A DNA stretch of 63,649 nucleotides, filler included, from Octopus bimaculoides (lineage: Eukaryota), in the NCBI RefSeq assembly GCF_001194135.2. It is 6 parts of 6 records of this genome, joined end to end, with 100 filler letters (N's around TTAATTAATTAA, not from the genome) between each part and the next. Parts side by side here need not be neighbours in the genome. Positions count along the whole stretch, not along the records: positions 49,939 to 53,086 come from NC_068994.1; positions 53,187 to 63,649 come from NC_068988.1; 4 more parts are not named here. One strand, given 5' to 3'. Of the stretch, positions 52,378-63,649 are shown piece by piece. Position numbers and translations under genes: made by a program. Each line of letters opens with the position of its first letter. Within the stretch, counting starts at the first letter, position 1. The notes below the pieces were generated by a model. The model did not search any database. It was not told the origin of the DNA and saw only the letters and a list, made by a program, of their open reading frames with translations.

Positions 52378-52962
52378 GCACACACACATATAAGCATACC
52401 GTCACACACATATATGACGATTGTGATAATGATGGTGATGGTGATGATAATAGCAATAACTATTCATGAATAATGATGATGATGGTGATGATGATGATGG
52501 CGATGATGATGATGATGATCGTGGTTGTTGTTGCTGTTGTGGTGGTGGTGGTGGTGATAACACGGTAGTGGTGGTTTGTCGTCGTCATCGCTTTGGTGGT
52601 GACAATGGTAATGTTGTTGACGATCAATTTCATTACCGTGACCAGAAGCTTCGTTGTTGATGATTTTGTTATTTCATGGGTTGCCTGCCCTTGCCCTGCC
52701 CCTGCCCCCAACTCCTTCTACTCCCACTCGCCCACCCATTTGTTGCTGGTTTTACCATTACTCACCAATCGCTGTGATCAATCAAGTGAACGCCATATTT
52801 ATTATCTTATGTTCATCTCAATATCTTCACCAAGTACCACAACACCACACCAACCACCACCATCACCATCATCACCAACATCACATCGATTACTACTACC
52901 GCCACCACCACCACCACCACTACCACCATAACTTCGACCACCAGAGTCATTGCTACCGCAAC

Positions 52963-53086
52963 CACTACCACAACCGTGACAATACCCACCGCTGCCGCAA
53001 CCACCACCACTACCACCACCACTACCACAACCGTGACAATACCCACCGCTGCCGCAACCACCACCACTACCACCACCACTACCACA
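52963..53086 (+). repeat. 60-bp minisatellite running into a gap
   Basis: ACCACTACCACAACCGTGACAATACCCACCGCTGCCGCAACC... repeated at 52963 and 53023. Confidence 0.85.
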
Positions 53087-53130
53087 NNNNNNNNNNNNNN
53101 NNNNNNNNNNNNNNNNNNNNNNNNNNNNNN

Positions 53131-53142
53131 TTAATTAATTAA
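53131..53142. other. Artificial six-frame-stop linker in a 100-bp spacer
   Basis: N44-TTAATTAATTAA-N44. Confidence 0.9.
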
Positions 53143-53186
53143 NNNNNNNNNNNNNNNNNNNNNNNNNNNNNNNNNNNNNNNNNNNN

Positions 53187-53425
53187 TACTGTACTCTTCC
53201 ACCACAACTTTCTCTCACTCTTACTTCCTCTTTCTGTTGTACCTGTAATTCAAAGGGTCAGCCTTGTCACACTCTATCACGCTGATTATTCCCGAGAACT
53301 ACGTTAAGGGTACACGTATCTGTGGAGTGCTCAGCCACTTGCACGTTAATTTCACGAGCAGGCTGTTCCGTTGATCGGATCAACTGGAACTCTCGACGTC
53401 GTAAGCGACGGAGTGCCAACAACAA
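53187..53425 (+). mobile_element. SINE family C 3' portion
   Basis: Ends ...GTAAGCGACGGAGTGCCAACAACAAC. Confidence 0.85.
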
Positions 53426-53706
53426 CAGTACCAGCGGACTTCCATCACTTCTCCAAAATGAAAATGCAGCTCAAAGGTCGCCGTTTTAACACCGTTGTCG
53501 AGATTCAGAGAGAATCGCAGAAGGTACTCGACTGGCTTACGGAAAACGACTTCTAGGCCGGATTCCAAAAGTGGCGGGGACACTGGGACTGGTGTACTGC
53601 TGCGCAATGTGACTGTTTCGAAGACGATGATGGCAAAACTTATGTAGATAAGTTATTCTTTTTATTAAACGTAACTAGTCCGGGAACTTTATGATGCCAC
53701 CTCGTA
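53426..53706 (+). mobile_element. Mariner transposase C-terminal fragment with right TIR
   Basis: PADFHHFSKMKMQLKGRRFNTVVEIQ...; ends GTCCGGGAACTTTATGATGCCACCTCG followed by TA. Confidence 0.7.
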
Positions 53707-53901
53707 TCAAACAGTTACAAAGAATGCGAAGATTGGTATATAGTCATTTTACAGTTGGTCACACAGCATATTTAGTTAGTTAAATTGACCAACGGGATTG
53801 CTCGTACCAAGCAATCGTTGATATTTGTGTCTAATTGATGCAGTTAGCCTCATGGATATCTGAGAGCTACCTTGACAATTTATCTCTTACGTGTTTGTGA
53901 G

Positions 53902-53982
<81 letters not shown>

Positions 53983-54933
53983 ATCTGTTTTTATTTGAGT
54001 TTTGTCAAGGATCAGCAATTGGTTATATCTGAAATTATAGTATTACCTAACCTTAGAGAGAAAAGACGACAAATTTTGCTGCACAGACAGATAGCAATGC
54101 AAAGGTAACGTGACAATTACGTTGTATCACAAAATGGTCGATCATTGAAGATGCGGCGAGGAAAGTATATGTCAAATTAATGATGGAGTTATAGAGATTC
54201 TTGTCGACATGTTTAATGTAGTAACCACCATATAAGGTAGCGTTCAGTGGACAAGCGCACTTCACACTGTGTCTGCACTGTCAAGTACACTCTAGACTAT
54301 TTCAGTGTTATATTATTTATGATACAATATAACATAACTTCTTTGTGTTCGACCGTGATCAGAGACAGAGAAGGAAGCTAGGTAAACAAAATGGGGAAGA
54401 TACACGGTACAGACGCATATATAAATATACATATACATACACACAGAGACACACAAACACACACGTACACACACAGACACACACACATTTATATACATAT
54501 GTATATACTTATGTATGCATATATATATATATATATATANNNNNNNNNNNNNNNNNNNNNNNNNNNNNNNNNNNNNNNNNNNNNNNNNNNNNNNNNNNNN
54601 NNNNNNNNNNNNNNNNNNNNNNNNNNNNNNNNNNNNNNNNNNNNNNNNNNNNNNNNNNNNNNNNNNNNNNNNNNNNNNNNNNNNNNNNNNNNNNNNNNNN
54701 NNNNNNNNNNNNNNNNNNNNNNNNNNNNNNNNNNNNNNNNNNNNNNNNNNNNNNNNNNNNNNNNNNNNNNNNNNNNNNNNNNNNNNNNNNNNNNNNNNNN
54801 NNNNNNNNNNNNNNNNNNNNNNNNNNNNNNNNNNNNNNNNNNNNNNNNNNNNNNNNNNNNNNNNNNNNNNNNNNNNNNNNNNNNNNNNNNNNNNNNNNNN
54901 NNNNNNNNNNNNNNNNNNNNNNNNNNNNNNNNN

Positions 54934-54984
<51 letters not shown>

Positions 54985-55517
54985 CCTACTTGTGTATAAG
55001 AGAGGAAGAGAGAGAGAGAGAGAGAGAGAGAAAGTGTGTGTGTGTGTATGCATGAACGTGTGAATTTATACGTGTGTGCGTGCGCCTCCAAACAAAATGT
55101 ACAGCAGGTAAATAGCGGTATTAAGGAAAGGACGGACGTTCACAATCTATGTAGTCATAATGGAATTATGTTAAGTAATGTGTTAAAAGGCGAACACAAA
55201 ACACAGACACACACACAGACACATACACACGCAAAGGCACACACACACACACACACACATACAAATACACATGCACGTATACACACACACGCACACACAA
55301 ATACACATGCACGTATATACACACACATTCGTACACACTTTGTTCGTATGATTAATGGCATCCATTATTCAGTTTTGACAGTGTCACAACACAATAGCCG
55401 CACCTTCAGATCACGGTGCAACAAACTCTGGCAGCTTCCTAACTGACCGAGATTCTTACTAAATACCTTGGGGGTCATAAGAGTATACATACATACATAC
55501 ATACATACATACACACA

Positions 55518-55565
<48 letters not shown>

Positions 55566-56841
55566 AATAAATAAGCCGAAGTAAAATATATATATATTTA
55601 TATATATATATATATATGCATGTATGCATATATATATNNNNNNNNNNNNNNNNNNNNNNNNNNNNNNNNNNNNNNNNNNNNNNNNNNNNNNNNNNNNNNN
55701 NNNNNNNNNNNNNNNNNNNNNNNNNNNNNNNNNNNNNNNNNNNNNNNNNNNNNNNNNNNNNNNNNNNNNNNNNNNNNNNNNNNNNNNNNNNNNNNNNNNN
55801 NNNNNNNNNNNNNNNNNNNNNNNNNNNNNNNNNNNNNNNNNNNNNNNNNNNNNNNNNNNNNNNNNNNNNNNNNNNNNNNNNNNNNNNNNNNNNNNNNNNN
55901 NNNNNNNNNNNNNNNNNNNNNNNNNNNNNNNNNNNNNNNNNNNNNNNNNNNNNNNNNNNNNNNNNNNNNNNNNNNNNNNNNNNNNNNNNNNNNNNNNNNN
56001 NNNNNNNNNNNNNNNNNNNNNNNNNNNNNNNNNNNNNNNNNNNNNNNNNNNNNNNNNNNNNNNNNNNNNNNNNNNNNNNNNNNNNNNNNNNNNNNNNNNN
56101 NNNNNNNNNNNNNNNNNNNNNNNNNNNNNNNNNNNNNNNNNNNNNNNNNNNNNNNNNNNNNNNNNNNNNNNNNNNNNNNNNNNNNNNNNNNNNNNNNNNN
56201 NNNNNNNNNNNNNNNNNNNNNNNNNNNNNNNNNNNNNNNNNNNNNNNNNNNNNNNNNNNNNNNNNNNNNNNNNNNNNNNNNNNNNNNNNNNNNNNNNNNN
56301 NNNNNNNNNNNNNNNNNNNNNNNNNNNNNNNNNNNNNNNNNNNNNNNNNNNNNNNNNNNNNNNNNNNNNNNNNATATATATATGTATGTATGTATGTATG
56401 GTGGTTGTCTACACCTGATGCAGAGTCTGATCACATCTTGTACTTGATCCTTAATTGCATCATGGCGTCGGATGTGGCTTTTTAACGTATTTTGTTGCAA
56501 ATAACAGTTTTTTTTGTACAATACCTAATAATATCTAATCGTGAACATATCATAGGATCTTTTTAAGCCATTCGATGACTGTGAGGGTCCATTCGAGTAA
56601 AATATGAATCAAACGGGTCCATAGGAAGAAAAAAATGATTGAGAACCACTGTTCTACACCATGAAACAAACGTACGAAACTGAAACGCCACCCGCATATG
56701 ATGAGATAGCATAATGCGTCGTCGCAGAAAACCTCTGAAAGTCCCTGTCCTTACATGAAAGATCACCTTCGAACACCGCCATCCCACACTCACCCACACA
56801 CATACACACGATAATCAATCAATCAATCAGTCAATCAATCA

Positions 56842-56903
<62 letters not shown>

Positions 56904-56907
56904 TTAT

Positions 56908-56999
<92 letters not shown>

Positions 57000-58380
57000 A
57001 TCTGTCTTTCTGTGTGTGTGTGTGTCTCTCTCTCTCTNNNNNNNNNNNNNNNNNNNNNNNNNNNNNNNNNNNNNNNNNNNNNNNNNNNNNNNNNNNNNNN
57101 NNNNNNNNNNNNNNNNNNNNNNNNNNNNNNNNNNNNNNNNNNNNNNNNNNNNNNNNNNNNNNNNNNNNNNNNNNNNNNNNNNNNNNNNNNNNNNNNNNNN
57201 NNNNNNNNNNNNNNNNNNNNNNNNNNNNNNNNNNNNNNNNNNNNNNNNNNNNNNNNNNNATATATATATATATATATGCAGAGAAAGAGAGAGGGAGAGA
57301 GAGAAAGAGAAAGCGAGAGAAAGAGAAAGCGAGAGAAAGAGAAAGCGAGAGAAAGAGAAAGCGAGAGAAAGAGAAAGAGATACATCATAATATTGCGAAA
57401 GACTGCAACTATTGTTACAACATCAGTAAATATTCTGAGAGAATTCTTACACAGCATTTATTAACTTTGAAAATAAAAATAAATAAATAAATAAATAAAA
57501 TAAAAATAAATGCATGTATGTTTTGCTAAAGATGTCCCTAATTCTGTTTGAAGAATTGATACACTGGATAAAGATTTTTTTTTCTTTTGCAAACCACGAA
57601 GAGAAAAGCGAAATGAAGCAAAAAAGAAAAAAAAAATCAGAGAAAAAAAAAATAATGCTTTACACATATGTTGAGTTCTTTCTTTCTCAGGTACGATATG
57701 ACGTATTAGCAAAAGCACGAAGAGAAAAGGTAAATAAATAAATAAATAAATAAATAAACCAAGCTTGAAAGAATAATTTAAAAAAGATAATAAAGTAAAC
57801 GACAAAAATACTATAGAAAAACTAACAAAAATGTTAAGCTCAAGGCAAAAGTGAAACTAAAAAGTAAAAAAAAAAGAAATTAAGTACAGACAGAAAGTGA
57901 CATGCGCAGTGACAACAAGCACCTACAGGATGGAGAACGGAGCAATGCATGTGCAGGAGTGTCGAGGTTGATGGAGAGGTGGTAAACATTTTGAATGAGC
58001 TTGCGAGACCTGCTTTTATCCGCAAAGCTCTTGTTTCATTCTTTGACACTCTATATTGTATAATACTTTATAAAATATAATACTTTATATTATATAATAC
58101 TCTTACAAAATACAACAAAATAAAAGTTACATATACATATTATATATATATATGTGTGTGAGCGTGTGCATCTGTGTGTAGTTTTGTGTATTTGTCTATG
58201 TATGTATGTGTACATATGTATATGCGTGTAGATGTGTGTGTGTGTGTGTGTTTAAATGGTTAACATGACTCTTGACTCTCGACTCTTTCACCGGGTAATT
58301 GTTTCAGATTCAACACAACGGCCTCAGATCAATGTATATGTCAAGTAGTACAAACCCCGATACTTACACCCCCACACACA

Positions 58381-58423
<43 letters not shown>

Positions 58424-59204
58424 NNNNNNNNNNTCGACAGGAAGAGGTCCAGCTTTGATTAAAAAACCCCTACATCTACTTTGTGCAGATTCCTCAGGCC
58501 CTTTGGTGGGAGAATATTAAAAAGCTGTGGGCACATACATGTATGTATATATATATAAATATATATATATTATATATATATACTTATATGTATATATGTA
58601 TATATGTACATATATATATTATACTCATATTTATTTGTGTGTATACATATAGGCATATATAGTATATATGTGTGTGTTTGCATATACGAGTATATGTGTG
58701 TATATATGATACATATATGGAGACATATGCATATAGAAACACACGCGCATAAGCCAATATATATATATTTATACTATATGTATATTTATATTACATGTAT
58801 GTATAAATGAAAGTATGTATGTACATATATATATATATATCAAGGTTTTTAACTTTTAAATTTGTATATTTAAAAGCGATAGAAACTTCAAACTCGATAT
58901 ATCCAAGATGAAGTTTCTATCTCTTTTAAATATACACATTTAAAAGTTAAAATCCTTGAAATATAAATATAAACTGTGAGAACGACCCTTAAGGAATCTA
59001 ATTAATGATCCCCCAAGGTAAGTTCTTATGCTATATTGGTAACGGTTGCTACATCCTCTGGAAAATTATATATATATAATCTACAGGTCAATATTTGCGG
59101 GAAATTTGTGGGTTTTCAGTGATTAGATACTACATAAATATATATTCCGTAAATGATGATATGTAATTAAATATTTATTGCTTATATCCTTTCTCTAACA
59201 TCTA

Positions 59205-60485
59205 CAGAGGCTGGACAAAATAATGGAAACACCTAGCATCATAGCATCATAATTTTGAAATATCTATAAAACCGTCAAAAGCTTGTTTATTTTTATGATT
59301 TTTGATTTATTATTAGTGTTGCTTAACATGTTTTGATAAAACTGCTGTTTCTTTTCAGACATCATCCCAAAAAGGTAATTAAAATTCATTAAGATGACTG
59401 ATCCATCGGACTTTCAAAGAGGTCAAATTGTTGGTGCTCATATAGCAGGCGCTAGCGTAACAAAAGCAGCCGAAATGTTTGGTGTAAGAAGAAGTACTGT
59501 CTCGAAAGTAATGACAGCCTTTGCGAAAGAGGGAAAAACCTCCTCGTCGAAACAAAACTCAGGAAGAAAAACCAAAACTTTCACATAGGGACCGTCGGAC
59601 TCTTCTACGAATTGTTAGTAAGGATCACAAAATACAGCTCCCAAAATTACTGTAGAGCTTAATGATCACCTCGAGAATCCAGTTTCCACAAAAGACTGTT
59701 CGCTGGCAGCTGCACAAAGCCGGATTTCGCGGGAGGGCTGCATTCAGAAAACCACTACTTTCAAAAACAAACGTTGCAAAGCGTTTAGAGTGGAGTAAAA
59801 ACCTACAGAATTGGTCCCTAGAGCAGTGGAAGAAAGTTATTTTCTCGGACGAGTCATCCTTTGCCTTATTTTCGACCACCGGCCGAGTATACGTGTGGAG
59901 ACAGCCAAAAGAAGCATTTGACTCTAACTGCCTTCTTCCAACTGTAAAACATGGAGGATGATCTGTGATGATCTGGCGGGAGAGGGCTACATCTTGGAAA
60001 TCCACCGGCCCAATGGTTTCCCTTCATGGCAGAATTAATAGTGAAGTCTATTTAAACAGTTTATCTGATCAAATTCATCCTATGGTTGCGGAACTGTTTC
60101 CGGAAGGAAACGCAATCTTTCAGGATGATTATGCACCAATTCACATAGCTAAAGTTATTACTGAATGGTACGAGGAATATTCTAGTGAAGTTGAACATCT
60201 TATCTGGCCACCACAGTCTCCAGATCTCAATTTTATTGAGCATTTACGGTGCATTTTAGAAAAACAAGTAAGGAGTCGATATCCTTCACCATCATCACTA
60301 CAAGAACTGGAAACTGTTTTAGATGAAGTTGGACAAAAATTCCTTTGGAAACAATTTAAACTTTGTACGAGTCCATACCTTGTAGAATTCCAGCCGTAAT
60401 TACCTGCCAAAGACGGTCCTACCCCCATATTAAAATAAATTTGTTTGAAATTTGAGGTTGTTTCCTTTATTTTGTCCAACCCCTG
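59205..60485 (+). mobile_element. Full-length (1281 bp) inactivated Tc1-like transposon, DD36E (Incomer-like)
   Basis: TA TSDs at 59203-4 and 60486-7. TIRs CAGAGGCTGGACAAAATAATGGAAAC / CAGGGGTTGGACAAAATAAAGGAAAC. Motifs IFSDES, FQDDYAPIH and SPDLNFIE with 36 residues between D (60127) and E (60238). ORF split in three. Confidence 0.9.
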
Positions 60486-61540
60486 TATATAATAATCTAC
60501 TTGTTGTTCGAACCCGGAATAACCTGATTATCGCGCCAAACTTCATAACCATTCGACTATGCTTGCGTTCATAACAAGGAATTTAGTTTTTCCTCTAACC
60601 AAAGTCTGAAGTTGTTACTGAGAGAAATAATTTACTTAACCGAACATTACAACAAACACGCGACTAAAAAAAAAAAAATAGAAAAAACAAGTTAATAATA
60701 GCAAAATAAAAAAGAATATACCTTTCTGTAAGACAAAAAAAAACAAAGAATTTTCGCCAAAAATATAAAAAATTATCAATAATATTGAAAGAAAGAACAA
60801 TTTTTCAGAGTTTTCTTCATATTCTTCAAACATGAACGGATGGATTGAGGANNNNNNNNNNNNNNNNNNNNNNNNNNNNNNNNNNNNNNNNNNNNNNNNN
60901 NNNNNNNNNNNNNNNNNNNNNNNNNNNNNNNNNNNNNNNNNNNNNNNNNNNNNNNNNNNNNNNNNNNNNNNNNNNNNNNNNNNNNNNNNNNNNNNNNNNN
61001 NNNNNNNNNNNNNNNNNNNNNNNNNNNNNNNNNNNNNNNNNNNNNNNNNNNNNNNNNNNNNNNNNNNNNNNNNNNNNNNNNNNNNNNNNNNNNNNNNNNN
61101 NNNNNNNNNNNNNNNNNNNNNNNNNNNNNNNNNNNNNNNNNNNNNNNNNNNNNNNNNNNNNNNNNNNNNNNNNNNNNNNNNNNNNNNNNNNNNNNNNNNN
61201 NNNNNNNNNNNNNNNNNNNNNNNNNNNNNNNNNNNNNNNNNNNNNNNNNNNNNNNNNNNNNNNNNNNNNNNNNNNNNNNNNNNNNNNNNNNNNNNNNNNN
61301 NNNNNNNNNNNNNNNNNNNNNNNNNNNNNNNNNNNNNNNNNNNNNNNNNNNNNNNNNNNNNNNNNNNNNNNNNNNNNNNNNNNNNNNNNNNNNNNNNNNN
61401 NNNNNNNNNNNNNNNNNNNNNNNNNNNNNNNNNNNNNNNNNNNNNNNNNNNNNNNNNNNNNNNNNNNNNNNNNNNNNNNNNNNNNNNNNNNNNNNNNNNN
61501 NNNNNNNNNNNNNNNNNNNNNNNNNNNNNNNNNNNNNNNN

Positions 61541-61576
<36 letters not shown>

Positions 61577-61845
61577 AATATAAACGCATACATACACGAA
61601 CACAGGTACAAACTCATGCACACACACACATATATATATATAGAGAGAGAGATAGATAGATATATACATATACATACATGTGTACACATATACACTCACT
61701 TGCTGACACTAACATGCATACACACAACCTCAATGTAAACATAACGGACAAAAGCTACACATCCTGTGTGTGAGAAAAATTATAGTTACGATAGCATATT
61801 AAATATTGATAGACGAATAGAGCAAAAACATTAAAGAAGTGGAGT

Positions 61846-61885
<40 letters not shown>

Positions 61886-62443
61886 TATGCACAAATGGTG
61901 AGAGAATGAAGGTATATTAAAAATGTATTTTGCTCTTAAAAGTTGTGAATCGAAGACGTTTTTGAATAAATGTGGTGAAAGTCTGAATTACCTATACTCA
62001 TATACATAAATCCATCATATATTTATATATATATGTGTAGATGTGTGAGTATGCATATATGTATATACATATCTATGCATGTATGTCTGTATGTATGTTT
62101 GTTTGTTCTTATTTCTACATAGATGTACGTACATTATTTTCTAATGTAACAGTTGTAAAATACATCAAAAATTTATTTATTTTACGCAATGGAAACATTA
62201 CCTGATTTAGAACTCAATAACTTAGATGGATAAAGACATTTGTTACATTAAAAGTTGACAATCTACTCGGAGTAATGACCTAGGATAGCCTGTTTACGAC
62301 TGTCGTGAACAGAACCACCTTTTATGTGTATATATATTTTCATACCCAAATGCTGGGTACCTGGGTACACTACCAGCAGTATATTGGATAGGCACTATCC
62401 CTTAGTGGGTTGGTTTCCCAACCTCTAACTCTCACAGAAATAT

Positions 62444-62484
<41 letters not shown>

Positions 62485-63339
62485 NNNNNNNNNNNNNNNN
62501 NNNNNNNNNNNNNNNNNNNNNNNNNNNNNNNNNNNNNNNNNNNNNNNNNNNNNNNNNNNNNNNNNNNNNNNNNNNNNNNNNNNNNNNNNNNNNNNNNNNN
62601 NNNNNNNNNNNNNNNNNNNNNNNNNNNNNNNNNNNNNNNNNNNNNNNNNNNNNNNNNNNNNNNNNNNNNNNNNNNNNNNNNNNNNNNNNNNNNNNNNNNN
62701 NNNNNNNNNNNNNNNNNNNNNNNNNNNNNNNNNNNNNNNNNNNNNNNNNNNNNNNNNNNNNNNNNNNNNNNNNNNNNNNNNNNNNNNNNNNNNNNNNNNN
62801 NNNNNNNNNNNNNNNNNNNNNNNNNNNNNNNNNNNNNNNNNNNNNNNNNNNNNNNNNNNNNNNNNNNNNNNNNNNNNNNNNNNNNNNNNNNNNNNNNNNN
62901 NNNNNNATAAATAAATATATATATATATATACGTAGTTAAGTATAAAGCAAAGGTGTATTGAGTTCTAATATCTGGTTAATAGTATCGCTAAAACTAAGC
63001 AAAACCACTGTATATATATATATATAGTGTGTAAATATATAAATTTCAAACTAATTGTGGTGCTCATAAATAAATAGGTAGACAAACAGAGTAGAAAAAC
63101 AAATAAAGGTAAAGTGTTTGGTATGAGTATGTGTAGAGGGTGGGAAAAGAAAGGCTTGAAACAGAAACCTCTTACTTTACCGTTAGCATTGAACAACATT
63201 CGGCCATATCCTCTAGACAGTCCGCCCCAAGAAATGGAGGGTTTGTCTTTCATGAGAGCATGTCGAGGAGAGTAAAATCACTTTAAATGGTAAGTTAAGA
63301 TATTATTTTTCAAAAGAGTATGCACACAGGCATGCACAA

Positions 63340-63375
<36 letters not shown>

Positions 63376-63649
63376 ATGCATGCACGCGCGCGCGCACTCA
63401 CACACACACATACACACGAAAGCAATTTTATATTAAAAGGAAAACATGAATTGTTTTAAAGAGGGCATGTGGGCCATTCTCGCGTGACGTATATGTCATC
63501 AGAAGCACGAATTCGGAAATATCTTAAACTGTAAATCTTGAATATTTACAAGAATTGTACTGATTGATTTTCCGTACTAAAGTCTGACTTCCCAGATAAA
63601 TATTAAAAAGATTTTTGCATCTGAGATATATGCTAAATTGTTTGAAAAG

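Noticed and set aside
52735-52830. PPICCWFYHYSPIAVINQVNAIFIIL as the GPCR ECL2/TM5 exon
   Set aside because: Superficial similarity only; no splice acceptor, the usual spacing between CW and the TM5 Pro is missing, and it is embedded in low-complexity sequence.
55404-55470. HRDLK kinase motif on the minus strand
   Set aside because: The preceding residues do not fit kinase subdomain VI, the acceptor is poor, and Slob/PXK proteins lack HRD.
56415-56530. LKSHIRRH zinc-finger-like peptide on the minus strand
   Set aside because: Only one Cys precedes it, there are no adjacent fingers, and splice sites are weak.
56661-56714. PPAY (WW-binding) motif in a 17-aa ORF
   Set aside because: Too short, sits directly after a MITE end, and has no acceptor.
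63171-63295. Exon-like segment with donor-like sites on both strands
   Set aside because: Plus-strand frames all stop, and the minus-strand MKDKPSISWGG frame has no recognisable homology.

Overview
AT-rich, gap-riddled animal genomic DNA with dense di-, tri- and tetranucleotide microsatellites. The SINE families I recognise suggest an octopod cephalopod (inference). Host coding content is sparse. (1) Four phase-compatible + strand exons (30769-39153) encode an adhesion GPCR: GAIN C-terminus, GPS with HL|TSF, Stachel, TM1 and TM2. TM3-7 are not visible, and an antisense ~7.6-kb stack of R4/Dong-type LINEs follows the TM2 exon. (2) Two spliceable - strand exons (49785-49123) encode a Slob/PXK-like pseudokinase segment. 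(3) There are a few orphan exon candidates, including a TATA + signal-peptide-like first exon. The rest is transposon-derived: three tRNA-type SINE families, R4/Dong LINEs sitting in (TAA)n, RTE and CR1-like fragments, Penelope-like elements, several hammerhead-ribozyme motifs, mariner/hAT/Helitron remnants, and a full-length but inactivated DD36E Tc1-like transposon. Five 100-bp N44-TTAATTAATTAA-N44 spacers are artificial joins, so order and orientation across them are unverified. Nearly all long ORFs in the supplied track are artefacts of N-runs or microsatellites.
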